A DNA stretch of 39,170 nucleotides, taken from a virus. Its lineage: Duplodnaviria > Caudoviricetes. The stretch covers positions 1 through 39,170 of IMG/VR virus record IMGVR_UViG_3300033417_000031; one strand, given 5' to 3'. Shown here in pieces: positions 28,728-36,055 of the stretch. Below the pieces are notes generated by a model. It was not told where the DNA came from, made no database searches, and saw only the letters and a list, made by a program, of their open reading frames with translations. Within the stretch, counting starts at the first letter, position 1. The number at the start of each line of letters is the position of its first letter. The translations under genes were made by a program, and so were the position numbers.

Positions 28728-29312
28728 ATGGCCGATAAGGAAATCGACGACCTGACGGTCGCCGCCGCGCTCGACGGCGACGAGGAGGTGCACGCGCTCC
28801 AGGGCGCGAACTCACGGCGCCTGAAGCTGCCCGGCACCTGGCGGCTGCACGACACCTGGGACCATGCCGTCGACGGCGATTCGGCAACCGTCGACTTCAC
28901 CGGCCTCGCCGGCGCCCAGGACATCATGCTGATCGCGCGCCTCGTCACCAAGTCCGTGAGCGGACTTCTCGCGCAGCGCGTGAGCACAGACAACGGTGTC
29001 AGCTTCTACGATCAGGCCGGCGATTACATTCTGCTTGCGGAAGCCGGAACGGAAACCAATGCCGACTCCGGCGGCGCCCTGCATGGCACAGCTGCGACGG
29101 CGGCGCGCAGCGGCGTCGGCCTCATTCATGGCGCGAACGTGAACGGCGGCATCAAATATCTGAACGTGCCGCAGCGCGGCGAAGGAAATCGGGACTTCCT
29201 GTTCGTCGCCTCGACCGCGCCCATCAATGCCGCACGGATCTACCCGGGCAATGGCGGCAACCTGACCGGCGGCAAGATCTACTGCCTGGTGCGCGGCAAG
29301 GCGGCGACGTGA
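28728..29312 (+). CDS. Putative tail fibre-related protein
   Basis: MADKEIDDLT.AAALDGDE N-terminus, VDFTGL, RVSTDNG, GKIY C-terminus. Confidence 0.6.
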   Translation: MADKEIDDLTVAAALDGDEEVHALQGANSRRLKLPGTWRLHDTWDHAVDGDSATVDFTGLAGAQDIMLIARLVTKSVSGLLAQRVSTDNGVSFYDQAGDYILLAEAGTETNADSGGALHGTAATAARSGVGLIHGANVNGGIKYLNVPQRGEGNRDFLFVASTAPINAARIYPGNGGNLTGGKIYCLVRGKAAT

Positions 29313-29683
29313 TGGCCAGGGATCAGAACATGATGCGTTTTCTCGTGGCCGCCGCGGCGGCCTTTTTCATGCTGGCCGCGTGCGCGGCAGCCAGCCCGGA
29401 ACCGCCGCCCGATCCGATCGTGCGCCCCGAAAAATCGCCGATCGCGCGGGCCATGCAATGCGGCGCCCGCGCCGACATGCTGCAGGCTCTCCGCAAGCAA
29501 TACGGCGAGCGCTCCATCGGGGCCGGCATCAGCCCGCGCAGCGACCTGATCGAGGTCACCGCGTCGAGCGATGGCGCCACGTTCACCATCCTGATCAGCC
29601 GCGCGGACGGCTACGCGTGTCTGCTCGGCCACGGCACCGATTGGCGCGCGCGCACGCCCGAACCGAAAGGACCCCAGGCATGA
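29309..29683 (+). CDS. Putative lipoprotein
   Basis: Lipobox LAAC after a hydrophobic stretch (alternative ATG at 29330); CGAR...L..QYGE...ACLLGHG.DW. Confidence 0.7.
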   Translation: MMARDQNMMRFLVAAAAAFFMLAACAAASPEPPPDPIVRPEKSPIARAMQCGARADMLQALRKQYGERSIGAGISPRSDLIEVTASSDGATFTILISRADGYACLLGHGTDWRARTPEPKGPQA

Positions 29684-30621
29684 TCGGATCTGTTCACCAC
29701 AGAGGCACAGATGGGGAATCTTATACCTCCGGCCCTCTGTGTCTCTGTGGTCTGCTAGCCTTTTTCATCACCGGCATAGCGACTGCTGCTGCGGGCCCGC
29801 TCGAGGATGCCGCGCGGGAGGTCGAAGCTCGTCTGGAAGCTCAGGACGCAGCGCTCGCCGCGCATGAGGCTGCCGTGGCCGCCGAGATCGAGACGATCAG
29901 ATCGCGGCTGGACGCGCTCGAGGCGGGCGCGCCGCCGCCGCCCGTGCCCGAGCCCGAACCAGAGCCCGAACCGGAGGAGTGCCTGGTCAGCCAGGTCGAG
30001 CTCGGCCAGAGCCCGTTCCCGGGCAGTTTGAATCTCTTACCGGGCCGGATCGAGGCCGAGGACTTCGATCTCGGCGGCGAGGGCGTCGCCTACCACGACC
30101 TGACGCCCGGCAACGCCTGGCACTTCTACCGCGACGACGTCGACGTCGACATCAAGCCGACCGGCGACCCCGAGGGCGGGCAGTTCCAGCTCGGGCTGAA
30201 CAAGGCGGGCGAGTGGGTCGAATACACGGTCTGCGTCAGGTCCGGCATCTACGACGTCAGGCTCCGCGCGCTGTGCGGCATCGCCGAGGCGAACGGCGGC
30301 TGCGGCACCATAGCGGTCTCGCTCGGCGGGCCCGGCGGTTTCGTGCCGCTCGGCAGCATCAAAGTTCCCTTCACCGGATCGTGGGACACCGACGCCGTCA
30401 CGCTGGTGATCCCGAACGTGACGGTCGCCGGCGGCAACAAGATCCTGCGGCTCGACTTCTCCGGCAATTACCTCGACCTCAACTGGCTGCAGTTCGTCAC
30501 CGCCGGAACCGCCAACCGCGCGCCGACCGACCTCATGCTGTGCCCGGCGCGGGCGGACGGCCAAGGGGAGATCCGGGCCGACACGAGCGACCCGGCGATG
30601 TGCGACCAGGGCAGCGGCTGA
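29680..30621 (+). CDS. Carbohydrate-binding module protein (CBM6/35-like) with N-terminal hydrophobic segment, coiled coil and PE linker
   Basis: PGRIEAEDFDLGGEGVAYHD, AGEWVEYTV, GIYDVRLR, LNWLQF; ATG overlaps the previous stop. Confidence 0.82.
   Translation: MIGSVHHRGTDGESYTSGPLCLCGLLAFFITGIATAAAGPLEDAAREVEARLEAQDAALAAHEAAVAAEIETIRSRLDALEAGAPPPPVPEPEPEPEPEECLVSQVELGQSPFPGSLNLLPGRIEAEDFDLGGEGVAYHDLTPGNAWHFYRDDVDVDIKPTGDPEGGQFQLGLNKAGEWVEYTVCVRSGIYDVRLRALCGIAEANGGCGTIAVSLGGPGGFVPLGSIKVPFTGSWDTDAVTLVIPNVTVAGGNKILRLDFSGNYLDLNWLQFVTAGTANRAPTDLMLCPARADGQGEIRADTSDPAMCDQGSG
29696..29751. repeat. Dispersed inverted-repeat element, copy 7 (in frame within the CBM gene 5' end)
   Basis: ACCACAGAGGCACAGAT ... 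CTCTGTGTCTCTGTGGT. Confidence 0.92.
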
Positions 30622-30637
30622 TGAACAGAGTGAACGG

Positions 30638-30692
30638 ACCACAGAGGCACAGAGCGGGAATTTTTACCTCCGATCCTCTGTGTCTCTGTGGT
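30638..30692. repeat. Dispersed inverted-repeat element, copy 8
   Basis: ACCACAGAGGCACAGAG ... CTCTGTGTCTCTGTGGT. Confidence 0.93.
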
Positions 30693-30699
30693 GAATGAC

Positions 30700-31011
30700 A
30701 TGCTGAGGCTGGCGATCTGGCCCGAATACCAGCTGCGGCAGGGCGACCTCAGAGCGCACCTGTGCCGCCAGGAAGGCCTCGTCATGACGGCGCTGCTGGC
30801 GCACCGCGAGGTCCGCATGGAGCTCATCACCGAGGTGCTGTGGCCCGACGCGGACCGCATGCCCGACCAGTGGTATCGGGCGCTCGCCGTGTGCCTGACG
30901 AAGCTGCGCGTGAAGCTGGCGCCGTTCGGCTACACGATCGCAGCGCGCTACGGGTTCGGCTGGCGGCTCATCGAACTCGCCGATGGCGAGACCGCCAAAC
31001 GAGCGGCCTGA
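30700..31011 (+). CDS. Stand-alone OmpR/PhoB-type winged-helix DNA-binding protein
   Basis: LITEVLW...ALAVCLTKLRVKL...I.ARYGFGWRL; no receiver domain. Confidence 0.7.
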   Translation: MLRLAIWPEYQLRQGDLRAHLCRQEGLVMTALLAHREVRMELITEVLWPDADRMPDQWYRALAVCLTKLRVKLAPFGYTIAARYGFGWRLIELADGETAKRAA

Positions 31012-31014
31012 GCA

Positions 31015-31362
31015 ATGGCGAACGCCATGGACAACGGCTCGAAGCGCCCGGCGGTTATGATCGTCGCGGTTGCCGGCCTGGTGCTGGCGGCGGCCGCCTA
31101 CGTGGTGACGGCCTACCTGCAGTGGTCGGGCAACACCATCCTGAAGCAGGCGGACGCGATCGCGCGGCTCGAGGAGCGCGAGGCGAACCGCGTCCAGTAC
31201 TTCGCCGAGAAGTTCGCCGACCTGCGGAGCCAGCTCGCCGAGGTGAAGCAGCGGCTCGAGCTGCAGGCCCGGGTCGAGCGGCTCGAGGACCTGCTGCGCC
31301 GCGAGCGCTTCCGGCGGTGGGGCGGGCGCGATACCGGCGAACCGACGGGAGACGGCGAATGA
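31015..31362 (+). CDS. Membrane-anchored coiled-coil protein (holin/antiholin or spanin-like candidate)
   Basis: One N-terminal TM helix then a coiled coil; immediately before the endolysin. Confidence 0.55.
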   Translation: MANAMDNGSKRPAVMIVAVAGLVLAAAAYVVTAYLQWSGNTILKQADAIARLEEREANRVQYFAEKFADLRSQLAEVKQRLELQARVERLEDLLRRERFRRWGGRDTGEPTGDGE

Positions 31363-31673
31363 GCCACGGCCTCAAACCCGATGTCGATGTCGGCGGGATC
31401 CGTCCCGAGCTGGTGCTCGCCGTCGCCTTCGCCATCCCGGTTTTCGCCGCCCATGGCGCGGCCTGCGTCGTCACCAGCGCGCGCGACGGCCGCCATAGCC
31501 GCGGCTCGCTGCACTACGCCGGCCTCGCCATCGACCTGCGCAGCCTCGACCTGCCGCCGGCGGACTGGGAGATCGTGCGCGACCAGCTCGCCCAGGCGCT
31601 CGGGCCCCAGTACGACGTCGTGCTCGAGCGCGACCATTTTCACGTCGAGTTCCAACCGAAAGGACCCGCCTGA
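31359..31673 (+). CDS. Endolysin, peptidase M15-like (minimal, 104 aa)
   Basis: VTSARDG.H..GSLHYAGLAIDLR ... DHFHVE Zn-peptidase motifs. Confidence 0.8.
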   Translation: MSHGLKPDVDVGGIRPELVLAVAFAIPVFAAHGAACVVTSARDGRHSRGSLHYAGLAIDLRSLDLPPADWEIVRDQLAQALGPQYDVVLERDHFHVEFQPKGPA

Positions 31674-31897
31674 TGGCAGAGATCAAGCTACCCGGCGCCG
31701 ACGCCGGGCTGGGCACCACCGCCTTCATCGGCGCCCTGGTGCTGTTCAACGAGCAGTTCGGCGACATCGAGCTGGGCCGCTTCTATGGACTCTGCGCGGT
31801 CGCGATCGCCTACATCGCCGGCCGCGCCTGGGTCCACGTCGCGCGCGCCAAGCCTGCGCCGCTCGTCGGCGAGATCATCGGAAAGGAAGAAACATGA
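31673..31897 (+). CDS. Putative holin
   Basis: 74 aa, two hydrophobic segments, charged C-terminus, coupled to the endolysin. Confidence 0.55.
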   Translation: MAEIKLPGADAGLGTTAFIGALVLFNEQFGDIELGRFYGLCAVAIAYIAGRAWVHVARAKPAPLVGEIIGKEET

Positions 31898-32499
31898 GAC
31901 GCTTCACCATCGCGCTTTTCGGGCCCCTCATCGGGGCCTTTCTTTTGTCCGGCTGCGCCACCGGCGGCCTGCTCGGGCAGGACTCGGTGAGCCGCGAGGC
32001 GGCCGACCGCCTGATCCCGGCCGAGACCGTGGCCGAGCGCGGCCTGCGCGCCTGCCTCGTCACCACCGTCGTGTCGGAGCTCATGACCTATCGGGTCGTG
32101 TGGTTCGGCGGCACTCCCGACGAGAAGGCCCAGGCGCGCGCCGCCATGGAGACCATGCTCGCGGCGGTCACCCTGGTGCGCGGCGTGCCCGGCGCGCCGG
32201 TCGAGCCGTTCTGGTTCGAGACCGAGATGTTCTACGTCATCGTCGGCCTGGTGCACGGGCTCGAGGGCACGGTGAAAGACCAGGTCCTGGAGACGGTCGC
32301 CACGGCCCTCACCGGCCGGGTCGGCGGCCTGGTCTCCACGCTCCGGGTACGCGCCGGCCAGGCCGCGCTCGCCGCCGTCATGGTCGAGGACATCCAGCGG
32401 TTCTTCCAGGCCGAGGACAAGGGCACCGCAGAATGGCTCGACCGCGGCTGGGAGCTGTGCGAGGGCCGGGTGCGGACGAACATCGCGAAGGTGCAGTGA
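31894..32499 (+). CDS. Lipoprotein in the lysis cassette
   Basis: MRRF-hydrophobic-LSGC lipobox; AAGGA RBS. Confidence 0.75.
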   Translation: MRRFTIALFGPLIGAFLLSGCATGGLLGQDSVSREAADRLIPAETVAERGLRACLVTTVVSELMTYRVVWFGGTPDEKAQARAAMETMLAAVTLVRGVPGAPVEPFWFETEMFYVIVGLVHGLEGTVKDQVLETVATALTGRVGGLVSTLRVRAGQAALAAVMVEDIQRFFQAEDKGTAEWLDRGWELCEGRVRTNIAKVQ

Positions 32500-33230
32500 A
32501 CGACTCCGATCTCGCCTGGCTCGCCTGGCAGGCCTACGACGAGGACGGGCTCTTCGACTACCGCTGCGCGCGCCGCGGCTGGCAGGTTCTGGAGCGCATC
32601 GAGCACCGGGGATCGGAGGCGGCGCTCGTCTGGCGGCACCCCGCGGACGTGACACGGGAGCGGCCCTCGGGCGCTCTCGTCTTTAGGGGGACAGAGGCCT
32701 CGCGGCTCAAGCTTCGCGACCTTTGGTCCAACCTCGCCTGGCCCTGGCCGACCGCGTGGCAGGGGCCGGGCCGCGTCCATTCCGGCTATCGGCGCCACCT
32801 CAACATGATCCCCTCGGCGCTGCCGCTCGCCGCCGGCATCGCGTCGGACGTGCCGCTCTACGTGACGGGCCATTCGCTGGGCGGCGCGCTCGCGACCCTG
32901 TTTACCAGCTGGTACTTCTGGGAGGCCAAGTTCAAGCGCCCGCCCTGGAAGCTCGCCGGCCTCGTCACCTTCGGTTCGCCGCGGGCGCTCGACCGGGAGG
33001 CCGCGGCCTGGCTGCGCTGCCCGGTCCGCCGATACGTGGTGAAGGGCGACCTAGCACCGTACTGGCCGCCCGTCCCCGGCCTGGTGCAGCCCGGCACCGC
33101 GATCGCGCTGCCTGCGGCCGGGCCCGCTTACGCGCTGCGCCGGAACCACGCCGCCGACCACTACGCTGCGGCGATCGAGAGCTCGTCTGAAATTTTGCAG
33201 TCGGGCCGGGGCCGCACCGCAAACCCTTGA
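32496..33230 (+). CDS. Class 3 lipase (alpha/beta hydrolase)
   Basis: LVFRGTE, GRVHSGY, LYVTGHSLGGALA, VTFGSPR, GD..P..PP, NH...HY. Confidence 0.88.
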   Translation: MNDSDLAWLAWQAYDEDGLFDYRCARRGWQVLERIEHRGSEAALVWRHPADVTRERPSGALVFRGTEASRLKLRDLWSNLAWPWPTAWQGPGRVHSGYRRHLNMIPSALPLAAGIASDVPLYVTGHSLGGALATLFTSWYFWEAKFKRPPWKLAGLVTFGSPRALDREAAAWLRCPVRRYVVKGDLAPYWPPVPGLVQPGTAIALPAAGPAYALRRNHAADHYAAAIESSSEILQSGRGRTANP

Positions 33231-33396
33231 TATTCTTGGGGCGGCATGGCCGCCCGGTTTTGCAGGATTCCGCCCAAGCGATTGATCCGAAAGGCCGCGG
33301 CGATTATTAAGGGTGATCGGCAAGGGATGGCAAGCGGCTGAGATCGCTCGGCTTTTTTTTAGTTTTGCAGTTTCACGAGCCGCGTTTTGCAGTTTT
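33191..33396. other. Putative attP region
   Basis: TTTTGCAG direct repeats at 33193, 33258, 33363 and 33385; IHF consensus match on the minus strand at 33220-33232 (TATCAAGGGTTTG) and a near match at 33275-33287; lies at the 3' end of the integrase. Confidence 0.7.
33336..33360 (+). terminator. Putative intrinsic terminator of the late transcript
   Basis: GCTGAG-ATCG-CTCGGC followed by a T8 run. Confidence 0.5.
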
Positions 33397-34431
33397 CGTT
33401 CGCGCTCCGTGCCGCCGGCCGTGCCGCTCGAGCTTGGCGATCGCGGCGCCGGCGAGGCGCTTCTGCTCGGCGCCGTCGCTGTACCTCTGCACCATGGCGA
33501 GGGTGCGGTGGCCGGTGACGGCGGCGATCTCCCCCACGGTCGAGCCCGATTCCGCGAGCGCGGCCGCGACCGCATATCGCAGGCCGTGAAACGTGTAGGC
33601 CTCGAGGCCGAGCGCCTTGCGCGCCTTGAGGAAGCGCCACTCGATCGTCCTCAGTGGGAACGGCCGGCCGCGGGCGTCGGTGAGGATGTGGGTCGAGGTG
33701 CGCGCCCTGGTCCTCCTGAGCGCGTCGAGGCGGCGCTTCAGCGCCCGGGTCGCGCGGATCTCCAGGCGCCGCCCGGTTTTCTTCTGCACCAGCGCGATGG
33801 CGCGGCCGTCATACGCGGCCCAGGTCATGGCGGCGACGTCGGAGATGCGCTGGCCGGTGGCGAGCCCGAGCTCGAGCGCCAGCACCATGTCCGCCGGCGC
33901 CTTCTCGCGGAACTTTGCGACCGCCCAGTCCGGCCAGGCGGCGCGCGGCGCGCCGGCCCTGAGCCGCTTCACGCCCGCGGCAGGGTTGTGCGCGAGGACC
34001 TCGCGGTCGAGCGCGAAGGCGTAAATGAGACGCAACACCTCGACGGTCTTGTTGGCGGCGGCCGGCGTTTCCGCGAGGCTGTCGCGCAGGGCGTAGACCA
34101 GGGCACGGTCGACGCCGATGGCCGGGAGGCGGCCCCACAGGCCCGAGATCCGATCGAGGGCGGCACGATAGCTGCGGCGCGTCGCCGGCGCGAGCTGACG
34201 ATAGTCGGGCGCCGCCAGGTAGCGGTCGATCAGGGCGTCGAGCGAGCCGGGAGGACGGCGGCGCGGCCGACCGGCAATGCCGGAGGCCTCGATCTCGCAA
34301 TTGATTTGGTCGGCGCGGCGTGCCGCCTCTGCGGGGTCGTCGGGGAGGCGCTCGCGGGTGAGCCGGTGGTAGTGGTAGACGCGGGTGCCGCGCCGGACTC
34401 TATTGACGTGCTTCACCTTCAGGACCGCCAT
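33373..34431 (-). CDS. int: Tyrosine integrase
   Basis: TGQRISD (R), QKKTG (K), TFHGLR (H-x-x-R), VTGH, MVQRY (Y); likely start MAVLKVKHV. Confidence 0.95.
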   Translation of the reverse strand: MAVLKVKHVNRVRRGTRVYHYHRLTRERLPDDPAEAARRADQINCEIEASGIAGRPRRRPPGSLDALIDRYLAAPDYRQLAPATRRSYRAALDRISGLWGRLPAIGVDRALVYALRDSLAETPAAANKTVEVLRLIYAFALDREVLAHNPAAGVKRLRAGAPRAAWPDWAVAKFREKAPADMVLALELGLATGQRISDVAAMTWAAYDGRAIALVQKKTGRRLEIRATRALKRRLDALRRTRARTSTHILTDARGRPFPLRTIEWRFLKARKALGLEAYTFHGLRYAVAAALAESGSTVGEIAAVTGHRTLAMVQRYSDGAEQKRLAGAAIAKLERHGRRHGARTKTAKRGS

Positions 34432-34723
34432 CTCGCGTCCGGGCCCTCTTCTCGAGCGCCTGCCAGTAGCGCGCGGGATCGGCCGCGCTCTCCCGCTGCC
34501 CATTCCCCGGCGCCCATCCTGCGCCGGCCTGCTTGAGCCTGTCCAGCGCGGCGTCGAGATCCTCACGGAACCAGTAGCGGTTGCCGCCGAGCGCCAGGCC
34601 CGGCGGGTAGAGCCCGGCCGCGACCCGGCGCAAGAAGGTGTTCAGGCCCTCGTCAAGGTAGGCGGCGGCGGTCGCCGCCTTCATCTTGCGGGGCCATGGC
34701 CGCGAGAGCGGCCCTCGGTCCAC
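34400..34723 (-). CDS. Excisionase / AlpA-like DNA-binding protein
   Basis: WPRKMKAATAAAYL....F...V..G.YP.....G...WFREDLD; directly upstream of int; start uncertain. Confidence 0.72.
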   Translation of the reverse strand: MDRGPLSRPWPRKMKAATAAAYLDEGLNTFLRRVAAGLYPPGLALGGNRYWFREDLDAALDRLKQAGAGWAPGNGQRESAADPARYWQALEKRARTRDGGPEGEARQ

Positions 34724-34778
34724 TTGTGCGTCACGCCCCGGAGGGATTGGACGCGTGCGGCCACGGACCGATGTTGCT

Positions 34779-35243
34779 TCATCCGACAACGGGAATCTCC
34801 ACGTCGAAGAAGCCCTGGCGCCCGCGCACCGGCAGCGGGCTTCCCAATAGCATGAGGTCAGTGAAGTGCCAGGCGTAACGGCCGGGCGCGTAATTGCCGA
34901 GGGCGCGCTCGATGGGATCAAGCGCCTCGACGATCGCCTCGGTCCGAACGCATTGAGTGAGGTGGCCCAGTCCCACGATCGCGCCCCGGGGCAGATGGCC
35001 GCCGTCCTCACCAGTGATCTCGGCGATACGTTCGGCCGCCTCAGGCCCCAACACTTTTTCGATGTCCCACCAGATGTCGGAGATCGCTGCGACTTCCTCC
35101 GAGAAGATCCGCCGCTTGGCGGCGTGGATCGCGATTTGCTCGCCCTGTAACGCTGGCGGATAGGGCCATGACCGGGTTTCATAGTGCTTCACGCCCCGTC
35201 CCAGCAGCGAGGCCCAGGGTTGCCAGAGCGAGATCGCCTTCAC
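34779..35243 (-). CDS. ASCH domain protein
   Basis: KAISLWQPWASL...GVKHYETRSW, IAIHAAK, LPRGAIVG, GRYAW, PVRGRQGFF. Confidence 0.9.
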   Translation of the reverse strand: MKAISLWQPWASLLGRGVKHYETRSWPYPPALQGEQIAIHAAKRRIFSEEVAAISDIWWDIEKVLGPEAAERIAEITGEDGGHLPRGAIVGLGHLTQCVRTEAIVEALDPIERALGNYAPGRYAWHFTDLMLLGSPLPVRGRQGFFDVEIPVVG

Positions 35244-36055
35244 GGTCTCATCTCCGGGAACTCCCGCACCATCAGCAGCTCGGGGATCGGCGCCTTCCTG
35301 GTCATCTGCTTCAGGAAGAACGGGATGCCGGCGACCTGGCACTGGATCTGGATCGCGCGTGCCCAGGAGGGATCCATCGGCCGCGCGCCGCCGCCGGTCT
35401 CGCCTCCGACGATGACCCAGTGAAGATCCGGCGAGCGCCCCGGCTGCGGCCAGAACGTGCCGCCGGCGGCCTCGACGGCGCGGGCGAGGTTGATCGGCTC
35501 GAGGAGTGGCTCCATCGAGAGGAATCGCACCCGCGCCTGCGCGTCGAGCAGGTATGGCAGGCGGCGCACGGCCTCCCACTCGTTCTCGACCGTCGTGCCG
35601 AGCCAGACGTTGGACCACGGCCACGGCGGCAGATCGCAGCCGACGAGCTGCTCGACGCACGAGCCGGGCAGCATCTTTCGGATGTTCTGCGGGCGCTTGG
35701 TGAGCAGCAGCCAGTCGAGGGACGGCGTCTCGGCGATCAGGGCCCAGAGGTCGTCGCGCCAGGCCGCCGGGACCTGGTTGTCGAACACGTCGGCGAGGGA
35801 GGCGCAGAACACGCGCGGTCGCCAGCCTAAACCGAAGGCCTTCCTCTTTCGTTGCCAGACGAGCGGCTGGCGCCAGTTGGCGGGCGTCGTGCGGCGGCGC
35901 GTCCCTTTAGAGCCCGGCGCCCATAGCTCCGGGTGGCCGGTTCGCTTGGCCCAGGCCTCGGCGTAGCAGTGGTCGCAGGCCGGCGAGACCTTGGTGCAGC
36001 CGACCCAGGGGTTGAAGGTGTGGTCGCACCACTCGATCTTGGTGTTAGCGGCCAT
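35240..36055 (-). CDS. DUF5131 / phage Gp37-Gp68 family protein
   Basis: TKIEWCDHTFNPWVGCTKVSPACDHCYA, RVFCASLADVF, LLTKRP, FLSMEPLL, WVIVGGE. Confidence 0.92.
   Translation of the reverse strand: MAANTKIEWCDHTFNPWVGCTKVSPACDHCYAEAWAKRTGHPELWAPGSKGTRRRTTPANWRQPLVWQRKRKAFGLGWRPRVFCASLADVFDNQVPAAWRDDLWALIAETPSLDWLLLTKRPQNIRKMLPGSCVEQLVGCDLPPWPWSNVWLGTTVENEWEAVRRLPYLLDAQARVRFLSMEPLLEPINLARAVEAAGGTFWPQPGRSPDLHWVIVGGETGGGARPMDPSWARAIQIQCQVAGIPFFLKQMTRKAPIPELLMVREFPEMRP

Noticed and set aside
21441-30621. Diversity-generating retroelement acting on fibre genes
   Set aside because: No reverse transcriptase motif, and I saw no template/variable repeat pair differing at adenines in this window.
7506-30692. 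CACAGAG elements as a CRISPR array
   Set aside because: The copies are dispersed over about 23 kb as inverted pairs rather than tandem direct repeats with regular spacers, and no cas genes are present.
33266-33362. tRNA fragment or dif site as the att core
   Set aside because: No T-loop/CCA end or XerC/D box could be recognised.
4607-34793. Identical 14-mer CATCCGACAACGGG at 4607 and 34780
   Set aside because: A few 14-bp matches are expected by chance in 39 kb, and the contexts are unrelated.
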